Shown: in pieces, positions 1 to 12,677 of the stretch
How positions within the stretch are numbered: the first letter of the stretch is position 1
Layout: each line of letters starts with the position of its first letter
DNA from: Diploschistes diacapsis
Lineage: Eukaryota
Assembly (NCBI GenBank): GCA_023645945.1
Contig: JALAIB010000105.1
Coordinates: forward strand, 1 to 32,316
Reading direction: 5' to 3'
DNA length: 32,316 nucleotides
Position numbers and translations under genes: made by a program
Notes under the pieces: model-generated
Databases searched by the model: none
What the model saw: only the letters and a program-made list of their open reading frames with translations
What the model was told of the DNA's origin: nothing

Positions 1-549
1 GGAAGGGGGGATGCAGTCTGTGCCGTGGTATTGCTTTTTCGAAGGGGGCGTGGTGGAGAGGTAGAGGGTTGGTTGCGGATGGGCGGTTGGGCGGGGAGCT
101 GTTGTCTGAGAGAGGGATTGGGGAGACTGTGGGCGGCTGTAGTGGTATGATTGCTGCTGTTGCTGATGGGTGGGATGCTCGGGCTCGGCGTATGGGGCGG
201 AGAGCGCTGGGTGAGGTTGTTGTGGAGGGACCAGCGGGTACGGAGAGCCGAGTCGGTAGGCATCTTTCTTCTCGTCTGCATACCGTGACAGAGGAGGCTC
301 ATATGGGGGCTGAGGAGCCCTCCGAGGCTGCTGCATTGGGTGCTGGATCGCTGGCGACGTTGGCGACTCGTCGATGTACGTATCGGTAGGACTCGATAGT
401 CCAACGCCACCCCCTTGGAGCTGCAATGGAGTCTCTGCTACGAAAGAGAAGCGGGCACTGCGATTGATATCCTGGCTATGTAGCCGTGATGGACTATCGA
501 TGGATGCATGAGGGTGTGGCGCGCCCCTGCCCATCTCCTTGGACGCCAT
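1..549 (-). CDS. 5' part of a Pro/Gln/Ser-rich protein that runs off the window; possibly the N-terminal extension of a fungal PLAC8/DUF614-family protein
   Basis: ATG at 549 opens a stop-free frame to base 1 (183 codons: MASKEMGRGAPHPHASIDSPSRLHSQDINRSARFSFVAETPLQ...PQQPHPALSAPYAE...). It is missing from the ORF track because it has no stop in the window. The RFSF-x-ETP motif resembles, from recollection, N-termini of fungal PLAC8 proteins; the diagnostic domain would lie outside the window. Confidence 0.6.
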   Translation of the reverse strand, partial: MASKEMGRGAPHPHASIDSPSRLHSQDINRSARFSFVAETPLQLQGGGVGLSSPTDTYIDESPTSPAIQHPMQQPRRAPQPPYEPPLSRYADEKKDAYRLGSPYPLVPPQQPHPALSAPYAEPEHPTHQQQQQSYHYSRPQSPQSLSQTTAPRPTAHPQPTLYLSTTPPSKKQYHGTDCIPPS

Positions 550-1486
550 GCTGGACCTCAATGCTAAGGGCAGAAATTCTGGCTTCTTTTCCTTTCTTTC
601 CACAGTGATGGCGGAGCACGGCGCTTGCTGAACGACTTGGCCTTTGCGATATCTTGGACAGTATCGTTGAAAACTGTAGCAGAGAGTATGCGAAGATGGT
701 TAACTGCGCCCGCAATGCCACCACCAAGAGATTGTGCACCGCCGTTCCCCCAAAGAGGGTACGGCATGGTAGTGATTGGCAGCACTGGAAATCACAGCTC
801 GCAGGTCGGCGCTTGGAGTCTGCAGAGCTTGGCGTCATTGGCCAACGGGTTGCAGCTCTGCTGACATCGAACATCTCAAGTCGCTCATGAGAGTTTTATG
901 TGAGATAGAATATTGGTATACTCTATGTTCGTGTTTTGTGCCAGCGTTTGGATGGAAAAGTACCGTTTGGAAACGCTTTACCTTCATCTTGATTATGCCC
1001 GGCCTACCAGCCTTATATGGGCTTGTTTACTATAAGTTTTTCTGTTTCTGATCTCAACATATCATACTTGACATATCATATTATCGAGTTCTTTCTCCCT
1101 TTTCTTCTTTTTGCTGTTGCGCTATCTCGCCCTTTCATTTCGCCCTGTCGACTCATCTTTCTCTTCGCAGCCAACCCTGAAAGAAATCCGTCTGTATTTA
1201 AAAACGGGTCACACTGTCATCGAAGTATTTGTTTTCGGTGACGGAGGTTGAATTCTGCATAGCTGCCTCTATGAAAGCCCGCTAATAACACAATACTCCC
1301 CCATCCATTCCTTGATAAGCGGTAATGGTTGCCATGTTTATTCCTAGTATCTGTCAAGCGCCAGTGCGTAGGTATCCACTTGCATAGAGGGCGCGAAGGC
1401 TCTTTCTCAAGGATACCTAACGATCTTCCTGTTCATACTCGTACTTCCAGAATATTTATTGGCCGGTGCCGCCGCCTTCAGCAAAT

Positions 1487-1983
1487 CTACTTGATGCATC
1501 GTGATGCATCGTCGCGCTCCTGATGTCGAAATCACTGACTCCCGCCGACTTGGCCGTCTGCTGCGCGTCCCCCATATTCCGCGACGCTCGGTGGATCTCG
1601 ACCTGGGTGTCACTGGATCGAATGCCCGTGCGCTGTGCCACCGAGAGGTCCGCGGTGATGCCCCCCCATCCCCATCGCAGCCTACCGTGAGGTCTTGGCG
1701 TAGCTATTATGGCCCTGGCCGCTGGAACGAGCAAAACGTTATGATAGTCGCGGGTCGAAGGGAGCGGGTGGTGGGACTAGTCGCGTCAGATTAGGGCGGG
1801 GACATAGTCGGCGGGCTCGTACATTAGGTAATGGGATGCCGAACGGTGGAAACCGGTTGGTTCGTCTTCGAAGCCATAGTCTCACGGCTAGAGACCATAT
1901 TCATGGTGGTCTTGTACCTATGTTAGTGCTGGCACGGCAGCTAGTATTGCTGTGATCGCAAGGTGGAAGGGTCTAAGTTGCAT
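1487..1983 (-). pseudogene. Decayed gene for a small secreted Gly/His-rich protein
   Basis: ATG at 1983 gives a signal-peptide-like MQLRPFHLAITAILAAVPALT, then *VQDHHEYGL*P*DYGFEDEPTG. Stops at 1920-1918 (TAG), 1890-1888 (TAG) and 1884-1882 (TGA) each revert to Q/Q/R by one T>C change. The continuation needs a frameshift, so the 3' boundary is uncertain. Confidence 0.45.
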
Positions 1984-2826
1984 CTTTTCGATATTGGCGT
2001 CTGCCCAAGCGCTTTGAATGTTTTACCGACTCTAAGGCCTATACGAACGAATAGTGATACGGTTTTTGAAGGCGTTTGCGTGTTTAGAATGACAGGGACG
2101 AAAAACAAATACTGGATTTCATTCAGACGCTCTAAATGATGTGCAGGTTAGGGATGAACGTTGTAGTCAAGTGGAATTAATGCAGAATCAAAGAGAGAAA
2201 AGAGTTTAGGATGCTATAATCTATCAGGCACAAGGGGGGGGGGGGGATATTTTGTATCATGACTGGTCCTAAGACTGACCAAATCACCATTGGAAAGAAG
2301 ATCTGTCGGGGTTCACGCTTGAATTTCGTTGTAGTTCTATACAAATCGATCAATTGAGCTGAGGGGTGGTCTCTGTATGGACCGAAGGGGTGAGTGGAAG
2401 AAGCATGGAACTGCCACTTGCCTATCACTTTATTGTAGTTCATGACCGTCTGTGCGCGCAGGTATTGCACAGATACGTAAAGAATAGGATGACTGAGGCC
2501 AAGAATGAATAAAATATCCCAAATGACACTGGGTATTACCCAGCTGTGCTCCGAATATGACTCGAAGCTGAAGTACATGACGCCAATATAATCCTAGCTT
2601 TTGCCCCTTGACGGGCGGCTTGCTCACTATGCATTCTTGCAGTTGCCGGAAGGGGGTTGGAAAGTTAGAGTTTCTGTGCGCTTGCATGAAATTATAGGCT
2701 CTCTTTTATACTGTTTGTCTCTCATGTTTATTTACACAGCACAAGGATGAAGATCATGTTGGAGCTTGGCATCATACGGACTTTGGCCAGGTTATCTCGA
2801 GTCCAAGAGTAGGCCCATTAAAGTAA

Positions 2827-3833
2827 CTATTCATCTGACCCCTTGTTTGGCTTGTCCGCGTCGGGCCTAGCAGGCCGATAAGGGTCAATCGGTTGTAAAA
2901 CTCTTGATGAATCTGTAGATGGAATGCATCAGTTGTGGCAGGGAAAATTGAGTCACGGTCATTGATCCACTCACCATGCAGCCCTTCAACTTTCTTGCCC
3001 TTTGTCCCGTCTTCGTGTGGACTAGCCGAGTGCTTTGCGTGCGTTGGAACGGATTGCCCAGCGTCGTCTAATGCGTTTTTCTTGCCCCCTCGAAGCTGGA
3101 AGGTAATCAGCGCGGGAAAAACTGGTTGGTCAGAAATTGGCCTACCTTATCCACAGAATCTCCCCCACCACTCTCCTGGGCAGCAGTCCCTTTGTCTTCA
3201 CTTCCTTCCTCATCTGCCTCATCATCCGAGGTATTGGGGGTTTCATGTCCACTTTCCTCGTCGGTGCTTGAATCGCCGGACTCCATATCACGGTGTGACT
3301 CCATTTTCGAGTCTCCCTCAGAGTCTTGTTTCGGCTCTTCACGTGAATCTCCCTCGGATTCGGACTGCTTCGCATCGTCTTCTCCATCCTGGGATTCTTC
3401 GGTTGAGCCATCCTCCTGTGACTCTTCAGTGGATTCTTCCTGCTCTTCGTGGCCCTCATGGCCCTCATGGTCATGACCCTTGGCTCTTGGGGTTCCATTC
3501 ATCCATAGATAAGCACAGGCGGGCGCACCGACAGCGACAGATCCTAATGCCCTTTGATTGCAGACGATTTAGCGAAACTATACTAGAAGGGGATACGTAA
3601 ACGAAAGTGTAATAGCTTAACAGCAACGTTACACCCGTAAGCTAGGAAGGTAGAAAATATCGTTCATACCACGGCATATCGCTGGACGACTTATGTTCAC
3701 CATGACCTCCACTGGCATACCCTCTTCGTCCAACCAAGTTCCACGATGGCCTTGATGGAGAAGCTCTATGCGCTACAGGTCCAGCTCTGAAGATAGTCCT
3801 GCCACTGGACAAAATCCGCCGGACGAACGCCAT
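2827..3833 (-). CDS. Uncharacterised mitochondrial-targeted, single-TM, highly acidic protein (258 aa, 4 exons)
   Basis: Exons 3833-3670, 3551-3146, 3095-2975 and 2912-2827 join in frame (777 nt). It has an Arg-rich presequence ending GRRGYAS, then SSDMPW-ALGSVAVGAPACAYLW (TM-like), an E/D/S-rich tract, and a C-terminal KHSASP...KGKKVEG...IDPYRP. Intron 1 needs an AAG acceptor. Confidence 0.75.
3290..3475 (-). repeat. Short coding tandem duplications in the acidic tract (HEG x2, STEESQ(E)DG x2, KQ-x-SEGDS x2)
   Basis: Visible in the translation HEGHEGHEE...ESTEESQEDGSTEESQDG...KQSESEGDSREEPKQDSEGDS and in DNA (ggccctcatg/ggccctcatg; ggattcttc twice). Confidence 0.7.
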
Positions 3834-4457
3834 TGTGGTATGTTAAAGGGGAATAAAACCAGCAGCGAGCTGGAGAAGGTGTAGCCCAAGCCTGTGAGAA
3901 GATTAGAACCGACAATATCTTGACTTCTTGGACTAAGCTCGATGCCAATTGATGGGGTGACGTCGAAATTACCACGGCCCGGCCCGACCTGACTAATCGG
4001 GCCGAAATAACATACACTTACACTTTACGAGTTATGTTATACTTCTACCCTCCTGGTCGGGGGAGGCACAACAACGCACGTATAAGAAGGGCTAATGGTT
4101 ATACAGAGGAAAGAGCGGAACTGGCTACGAATATTCAGTCATGTTAAATTCGCAATTCCTCAACTCCACGGCTTCTCTGCCACAGTATCCGAAGTCTCGT
4201 CCTCCGTCTAAGCCTTCCATTTGAACAGCAAGATTGTCGGGGAAGCAGCCGTCTCGACCCGGGTGAGCAACTGGAAGTGTTCAAAAGACTGCTCTGCTAT
4301 TGCCACCAATGTTGTCAGGCCATAGACGGTCGCCTATATATTCATGTCCACATTCGTCTCGCGATATTTCTCCTAGTGTATCACGAGTCTAATCGTATCA
4401 TTGCATTTGAGAGTCAAAGTCTACAGCCTATTTGGCAATCCTCACGGTACTATAGCC
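3834..4457. promoter_or_regulatory. Divergent intergenic/promoter region between the mitochondrial protein gene and CAND1
   Basis: Head-to-head start codons at 3833 (-) and 4458 (+). Contains CCAAT (3945-3949), TGACGTC (3958-3964) and the inverted repeat CGGCCCGA-N9-TCGGGCCG (3980-4004). Confidence 0.5.
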
Positions 4458-7400
4458 ATGGGAACTTACGGCAATCCCTCGGCTGCCGATGTGGCAACCC
4501 TCTTCAATAAATTCGATGATCCAGATTCGGATATTCGCTACATGACTCTTGTTGACCTCAACAAGCTGCTCACCACTGGATCTCCTTCTTTCCTCATACG
4601 AGAGCAGTCGACTTGTAACAGGCTCATCGATCATCTAGTCAGATTGTTAGACGACTCGAATGGGGATGTCCAGAGCCAAGCTTTGAAATGGTGAGGAACG
4701 GGATAATTCTCCATGCCTCGTGGTATTGACATCTTTGTAGCCTCGGTCCCTTTTCCGCCAAAATATCTTCCGAGCTGTTGGCTCCATTCCTGGAGTGGAT
4801 ATTGAATCTGCGGACAGTGAAATCCCAGGATGCCTCCATCCCAGCTACTGCGGCGCGGACACTCGTCCTCTCCTTTCCCCATCCTCTTGCTGGCGTCCCA
4901 TATTCCAAATCGGTGACGGATGCTTATCTTGCGGTGAGCAATGTGCTGCTCCCGAGGCTCACCGGCCGCACAAACCTCAAGGCGGATGGGAAGGCAACCA
5001 AGGGAAAGGATATGCTAAGCACAGAGGGTCCCAAAGGCGCAGATATCGATGCGATAGATCTCCTTAGTGACGTCGTGCGGTGCTTTGGGGTGATGCTCCA
5101 TGTCCAAGAGATAGAAAATCTACAGAAGAAACTCACAAATATCTTGGATGACAGTAAGACGGGCTCGATCGCGAAGAAACGGACAGTTGCGGCCTTGTCT
5201 ATCCTGTCTGCCTACATGTCCGACCCCCTGCTGAGCCAATTTGTTTCCAGCACCATTGAGAGCTTCCGTGAATCGCACATCACGCCCGCCAAGAGGCGCC
5301 TCTTGATTTCCTTGATGGGTGCTGTGGCTCGTGCCATCCCGCGGCGATTTGGTCCATACCTGCAAGTCATAACCCCGTTCGTTCTGAGCGCTGTCAGTCA
5401 AGCAGAACTTGATAAGAGCCTAGAAGCTCACAGCGAAGGTAACCATGATCCACTGGCTGAGGAGACACAAGAAGCCGCCTTTGTCGCTCTTGACGAGTTC
5501 ATTTCGTGCTGCCCCATAGATATCGTCTCCTTCACAGATGAAATCATCGATTCAGGGATTCGATATGTCACCTACGATCCTGCGGTGGTTGAAGACGACG
5601 AAGAATTGGATGAGGCAGTCAATGAGGAAGAAGACTTTCTGGACGGCGAAGAGGAGGATTACGAACAGGAAGAGGTCTTAGACGACGACGAGGATGCGAG
5701 TTGGAAAATACGCCGCAGTGCCTCGAAAATGCTCTACAAACTCATCTCGGTCCGCGGAAACGAGCTGATTGAAGGTGGTGTCGTTTATGAACGCATAGTA
5801 CCTATACTGATCAAGGCTTTCAAAGAAAGGGAGGAAAGCGTGAGGCTGGAAATTCTCGCAGCGATCACTCTGATCATCAAGAAAACGATCGACACTGTCG
5901 CGCCTCTTCCGCTAGCGACGGGAAGGTCCAGTCTACCAATGCAGACCCTATCGCCCAATCCACGAAAGAGGCGCCGTGGCGATTCGAACCCAGGTATTCT
6001 GGAGGAACATATCGCTTCCCAAGGGTTTGCCTCCCCAATTCAACTGTCGTCACCAACGTCGAGCTCTCGGAAAGATTTGCTCAAACTTGGGACCTCAATA
6101 CTCAGCGGACTTACCAGATTGTTGTCGCAGAAGCTAGTTCCGACGAAACAAGCAGCTGTCGTTCTCCTCCAGACATATGTTCAAGTCAGGCATGACAGCC
6201 TCACAGATTACCTGAGCAAAGTCCTTGAGCCTCTAATAGACTCTATTCTGGAGTCACAGGCGCACGTTGGAGCTCATGCTATTTTATCGAGTAGTACGGG
6301 CTCGGCCGCTACAAGCACTACTTTGCGAATAGAATCACTCCAACTCCTGGGAGTCATATTCGATACCCATTCCTCAAAGTCGGTGGCCCCTTACCTTGAC
6401 CGAGTGATCCAGGGGCTGGTTTATGCCATTGATGACAAGTACTTCAAAATAGCAGGCGAAGCTTTAAAGGCCTCGGAAAGTATTATCCAGGCTCTTACAC
6501 CGCCTAGGGCTTTTGGGTACGACGAGAAATCTGCCGAGTATGTAGAGAAGATGTTTGACGTTGTACTGAAGAAAGCCCAATCAAACGAAGTTGATTTAGA
6601 GGTGCGCCACCGAGCTATACATGCTCTAGGGATCTGCCTTGCTAGGACTGCGGAGACTCCGCAGAACCTGTCCGGGAGAAAGCGTAAAGATGCTCTACTT
6701 TTCCTGCAAGAAAGGCTCAAGAATGAGATGACTAGGATTGCGACCATTGGTGCAGTGGACATGGTCTTGGGTTCTTCCGGCAACCCCGAGGATATGAACC
6801 CAGAATGGATACAGCACGTCGCAATGGAGCTCGCCAATCAACTTCGAAAGGCTGATCGTCGACTGCGAGGTTCGAGCCTTGCTGCGATCAGAAGGCTGGC
6901 AAGCAATGCTACAGCATGCGACGCTCTTGATAACGGTACCCTGCAGATGATGACGACCCAGCTATTGCCTCTCGTTCGATCCGATAACTTGCACCACCTA
7001 ACTCTTGCGGTCTTAATACTGACAAATCTTGTCAAAAAAGCCCCTCAGGTTGTGGTCTCCAACGAAGTTAATTCTCGGATCTGTGAAGTCGTCATTGAGC
7101 CTTTGTCGGGTCATACATTGGAAGCATTTCTTTCACTGATCGAAGCCATCGGAGCAGAGGGAGTCGGCGCCCCGCTGATGACAAGCCTCCTACGCGCTGT
7201 GGGTGTTAACGGAGATCCTTCTGTGGTGGGTACGGTTATAGGCACCTTACTTGTAGCAGGGGGTACCTCACTTCCGATTACCACGGAACACATCCTTCAT
7301 GAGCTCAGCACCAAGCAAGATGACCAACGCGTGGCTTTATCATTGTTTATCCTTGGAGAGATTGGTCTTAGGCAGGGTTCGCCTTCGAACATCAAGCCTG

Positions 7401-8635
7401 ATGTATTTCTTAAATCTTTACAGTCACGATCAGATTCTGTCCAACGCGCTGCAGCAATTGCCCTTGGCCGTGCAGGTGCTGGAAATACTCGGGCATTCCT
7501 CCCCGTTATCCTTGGGGCCGCAAAGAGCACCGGTAACGCGCAGTCTCTGATCCTCTACTCGATTAAGGAGCTTCTGCAACAGGGTGGCAGGGCCTCTGCG
7601 AATATTTCTACATACAGTCAGGAGATATGGAACAAGCTGATGGAAATATCCGGCTCGACCGACAATAAGGTGGTCGGAGCAGAATGCATCGGTAGATTGG
7701 CGGCTACCGAGCCTGTTAGATATCTCCCGTTGCTTCAGGTGAGCCATGCTCTATCTCTTGTCTTTTTTTATTGCTTTCGTCGTATCTGCTAAACACAAAC
7801 AGAGTTACTTGAGCGATGCATCACCGTCTGTACGAAGCATGGTGATACAGGCTGTCCGTTTCGCGCTTAGCGATTCCGACGAAGCCGTAGACGATGCCTT
7901 GAAGCCGAGCCTTCTGAAGATGCTTACGGTCATGCTCAATGATGCCGATCTCGAGAACAGGAGGCTGGCAATGACTACCGTTTACTCCGCAGCACGGCAC
8001 AAGCCTGGTATCATTCTTGCGAGTCTCGGAAAACTGCTTCCATATATCATCAAAGCAGCGGAGATCAATCCAAACCTTGTTCGCGAAGTACAAATGGGCC
8101 CATTCAAGCACAAAGTTGATGACGGACTCGAAACACGCAAGGTGCGGCCGTACTATAACACCACTAATACTTTAATGCTCATGGGATTCTACAGGGCGCA
8201 TACGAAACTCTACACGCTTTGCTAGACATGGCCTATGCTCGCATGAACCACTTGGATCTGTTCGATCGCGTGATCGCAGGCCTGAGAGACGAGCACGACG
8301 TGCGAATGCTTTCGATGCTGATGCTGACGAAACTTATGCACCTCGATCCTGACGAGACCGCACGACACTTGGATACACTGGCCGGACCCTTTCAAGAGAT
8401 AACATCGACCAAGCTCAAGGAGAATGCAGTCAAGCAGGAGGTGGAGAAACTTCAAGAAGCTGTTAAAGACGTGCTCATTGTTACTGTCCGGCTGCAAAGT
8501 AGATTTCCGCAGGTTTCGATACCGACGGCCGGCAATCCGCAAGGACAAGCCTGGCGAGCTTATATCGAGTATCTCAAGAAAGACTTTGCAAGCCAATTGC
8601 AGAACGCGGAGGCTGAGGTTAAGATTCAGGAGTAA
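4458..8635 (+). CDS. CAND1: Cullin-associated NEDD8-dissociated protein 1 (HEAT-repeat, TIP120), full-length single gene, 1336 aa
   Basis: Exons 4458-4690, 4741-7738, 7803-8141 and 8195-8635 (4011 nt, in frame). Motifs: [117 protein letters not shown]. Confidence 0.97.
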
Positions 8636-9611
8636 GACGGAGGCACAATCTAATGGGTCACCCCGGAAAGATATCGGGCATTGGGTGTGAGCTGAGATGC
8701 ATATGTTATTAAATGCATAGATCAACCTGAAGCCTCGGAGCGTTATCCTGCATGTCGATAGAAGAACGGAAGCGTTATCAAAATCTATCAACTGCTTTTC
8801 GATTGGTGGATGCGATTTTCATGTTGATTCTGCCCCCTGGATTCGAAGGAAATCTATCAGAGCAACCGCGATACCAGACCTGCCAGACGACCGAGCGAAG
8901 TGGACTAGAACTAAGATATATCCAAGGGACCGTAGCGGAATAAGTGCTGCAATAGTAAAGAATAGAGCGAAATTACATATTCGTACCAGGTGCCCGAATC
9001 GTACAGCTTCTGGTTGAAAGCTGACGATTTAAATTAGAGATGAACGTTCGTTCGTCCACAGTAGTATAATACGCTATTCTTGGCACCCCTCACTTGAATT
9101 GAGAACAACCCGACTTAGAACCCCACATGATTTGGACTGAACGACATGCGCCGACTTGACTGCAAACTCATCCCATGCCCTAAAAGTTATTCCACGTATA
9201 TCATACTCTTCCTTTACTTCTCAATCTCTGTGCCTTGCCCCTATTAAGCTCTCTTGATTGGCGATTCAGAGTCTTGTGAGTGTCAGACTCAAGGTACGCC
9301 GGATTCCACAGCACTGCCGCTTCCCCCTTATCACCGACATGTTTCTGAAGTAGTGTAATGATACATGCTAGGTGAACAGGGCATATCTTACAGTCGTCCG
9401 TACCTTTAAGGCTTCTCCTCGTGGGCGCCTAGCTGGAACCACTCGTGTTCCCTTTTCCTTTCTGTGCGCTTGCAGTCTTGGGCGTCACCCGCATTGGAAT
9501 AGCCAGTATCTACCTTCCGGCCTACGACGGTCATCGGAAAGCATAACCGACAAACTGGCGGGCAATACCAAAGAAAGGCGTTTCTCCAGGGAGGGAGGTC
9601 TGCTCAACAGG

Positions 9612-11395
9612 ATGTTCGGTAGCTCCGGCAGTCCTGCTAAGGACTCTGACCAGCCGCTACAGTCTCCGGGCTACCTTTCGTCCTCAAGTGCATCCAGGAA
9701 TGGTCCCGAAGCCGCAGAGGACCACGAAAGCTCTGCAGGTGTTGATTCGAAGAACAGGGCGACTTCGCAATCTACTCGCAAGTCCGTTGACGAAACCGAC
9801 AAGAAGAGAAGGAGTAGCGGAGTTTCTAAAGCATCAGCTCTTCTTGCAACTGCAAAGCAATCCCTACATCTTAGCCACAGCCCTTCCTCATCGACTTCAG
9901 CTGCGGAAACCCCTCCTACACCACAACAGAGTGCCATGCAGAAACTGGGCAGAACGGATCCCGCTTTAAGCGTGCCCCAGGGCTCGCTTAATAACTCTGC
10001 TGGCGAGTCGCATCCCGGCCCTCATTCTACGTTCCGTGTCGGAGTCACAGAGGACAAAAATAAAAAATGTCGGAGGACGATGGAGGACACACATGCTTAT
10101 CTCTACAATTTTCTAAGCACGCCCGCTCCGGTTCTGGACATGGAAGACAGTACTGGTAGGAGAGGCGAAGATGCGGGAAAGGACGTTTCTTCCAAGGCAA
10201 GCACTGCTTCGGAAGTGATTGAAACCGACAACGGTTACTTTGCCATATTCGATGGGCACGCCGGTACCTTTGCTGCCGACTGGTGCGGTAAGAAGTTGCA
10301 TGTGCTGCTTGAGGATTTGATACGACAAAACCCAAATTCTGCCATTCCTGAACTGCTTGATCAGACGTTTACGAGCGTGGATCAGCAGCTGCAAAAGCTG
10401 CCCCTGAAGAACAGTGGCACTACTGCAATCTGTGCCGTTCTCCGCTGGGAGGACCGGATACCGAACCCGCAGTCCGCGACTGGATCGACAGCCATTGCTC
10501 CCGTTGCCGCGGCGGTTGCGAAAGCTCACGGAACACCTGACAAGCAAAGTTTGGCTCCCTTGATACCTCAATCGATTCAGTCACTGCCGTCTAGTATCAC
10601 CGCTTCCACAGCCATTCCGAAATTGCAAGAATCCGCGACGCGACAGAGAGTTCTTTATACCGCTAACGTTGGCGATGCGAGGATTGTACTTTGTCGAAAC
10701 GGAAAAGCGCTGCGCTTATCGTATGATCACAAGGGTAGCGACGAGAATGAGGGTAAACGCATCACGAATGCTGGTGGACTCATTCTCAACAATCGGGTTA
10801 ATGGAGTTTTAGCCGTCACAAGAGCTCTTGGCGATACGTATATGAAGGAGCTAATTACTGGGCATCCATACACAACGGAGACCGTGATACAACCAGATAT
10901 CGACGAGTTCTTGATTCTGGCCTGTGACGGGGTAAGTAATCCTCCAATCTTGGGCTGAAAATTGGCCAGTCTGACACCTTTCAGCTCTGGGACGTTTGCG
11001 CAGATCAAGATGCTGTGGATCTTGTACGCAACACACTAGATCCTCAAATCGCATCGAAACAGCTTGTTGACTATGCACTCTCTCGCTTCTCCACGGACAA
11101 TCTGTCATGCATGGTTGTTCGGTTTGACAACAGAGCTGTCAAGCAGACTATAGAGCATGAGGTCGAGCCGATCGGAGTTGAAGGCGATCCAATCTCTTCC
11201 AAGGGTGGCCTAAGCGAAGCGGAAGCTATTGTTAACGAGGCACGAAAGAGCATGTCAATACCTGACGGCATGGATATTGATGAAAGTATTAACAGCGTGA
11301 GCCAGGAGATAATCCGCGAGGAAGAGGGCAAGGAAGCTGGACCAGAACTGAACATCGATGAATCGGAACCAGACGGTGCGAATCGGCCGAACTAG
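9612..11395 (+). CDS. PTC1: Type 2C protein phosphatase, Ptc1 orthologue (576 aa)
   Basis: Exons 9612-10931 and 10985-11395. PP2C motifs [78 protein letters not shown] 5'-UTR intron ending at CAG 9608-9610 is likely. Confidence 0.93.
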
Positions 11396-11827
11396 TGAGT
11401 GTTTGGAAACTAGGATTTGGGGTCCCTCAATACGCCCTCATTTCGATTCAGCAATCAGTATAGGCGAGCTTTCAACGGCGTTTTAGGGAGGCTTGGCTGT
11501 GGGCAAATAAATCTCAGCGCACGGCAATAACACGCATTATGAGCTGACGAAGGGGATAAGTCAAGAAGCCGTAGTTGGCTAACAGTGTACCGGATGCGCT
11601 GTTTTGGTGCAGGCTCTGTAGAGGTGGTGCAGGGAGTACGGAGCAGCCATGTTGCAGCCGACGTATATTTGCAAATAGATTCAAGGGGAAAATTCGCTCC
11701 CGCTGTGACCATAGTTCAGACTGACTGCCAAGTTGCTGCTTACCTGCTGATACAATCCGAAGAAATCATGAAATGCTAAAACTGACCGGAAATTCTTCGA
11801 CTCAAACCTGAACCCCGTTACGCCCCA

Positions 11828-12677
11828 CTATCGCCGCAAGCCGTCCAGTCGAGCTTGTAAATCGTCATCGTCGGAAGGCCCTCCACCACCTCCAATCGCT
11901 TGCGCAACTCGGCCATCGGCGACCTTCTCCTTCTGCAAACCCGTCGGCGTTTCACCAAGCTGGGAGATGAAGCATTAGACAATTGCAATGAAGGTAGCTG
12001 GAGCTGAATGACGAGCTGGCAATGCTTACCGATTGGCCTAGGTCTACCCCTATTTCATCAAGTACCTCCTTGACTACCTCTTCGCCCTCTTCCTCATCTT
12101 CGAGACCAGTAACGTCGTCAATAGCGTCGTCCATCATCTCCTGTCGCTGGTCCATAATGTCGTTCTCCCGCTCGAACTCCATTGCAATCTTCTGAAGGGC
12201 TGGTAACCTCATCTGTCTATTCATACTGCCCAGTAGCGACGTTGCGCCCTTCATAGACTGCATCATCTGCTCGTTCGATCGAACGGTCTGTATCCGAAGG
12301 GATACGGCTTGAAGCTGGGTGCGCATCTGGTAGAACTTTTGAATGTACCTGCAGACTTTTTTGAGAGACAATCTGGAGCTAGCTCAACCTGCTAACCTTC
12401 GTGTCCGGACCAGGTCCTTGGCCTGGATCTTGCAGGCACCCATCTGGCCGTTCTTGGCGCTCTTCTTGATCTCCTGTACTAGCTTCTTCTCTTGGTTCTC
12501 TAACTTGACTCGTTCCCGGTCCAATTCCCGCTGAGTCTTCTCAAGAGCTCGTTGATGTTTGCGTAGACGTTCTTGTGGCGTCATGCGCTTGCCAAATGCC
12601 CACTCGACGATCTGGAAAGATCAGCCTGATCCAGGTTTGCACTCCTAGGGAGGACGAGAAACGATGCGTACATTCAT
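11828..12677 (-). CDS. VPS2: ESCRT-III subunit Vps2/Did4 (CHMP2A), 223 aa
   Basis: Exons 12677-12672 (6-nt ATGAAT), 12611-12397, 12348-12030 and 11959-11828. Translation MNIVEWAFGKRMTPQERLRKHQRALEKTQRELDRER...QAKDLVRTRRYIQKF...DDDLQARLDGLRR* (MIM1 tail). Confidence 0.96.

Noticed and set aside
1918..1927. CTAAC-ATAG on the minus strand as an intron 3' end
   Set aside because: Branch-to-acceptor spacing is too short and no sensible upstream exon exists; it reads better as the end of a signal peptide followed by a nonsense codon.
2234..2246. G13 homopolymer within a 133-aa minus-strand ORF
   Set aside because: A simple intergenic homopolymer; the surrounding ORF has no recognisable features.
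2935..3600. 221-aa plus-strand ORF and other overlapping ORFs here
   Set aside because: These are antisense shadows of the low-complexity acidic exon of the minus-strand gene.
4458..8635. Split CAND1 (separate N and C genes as in Aspergillus nidulans)
   Set aside because: The four ORF-track fragments join through three ordinary introns into one 1336-aa protein.
9372..9611. 80-codon GTG-initiated N-terminal extension of PTC1 in the ORF track
   Set aside because: The extension is not protein-like and ends at CAG|G-ATG; a 5'-UTR intron with the start at ATG 9612 is the simpler reading.
12672..12677. 6-nt first coding exon of VPS2
   Set aside because: Very short first coding exons are routine in fungal genes, and the splice signals are canonical.
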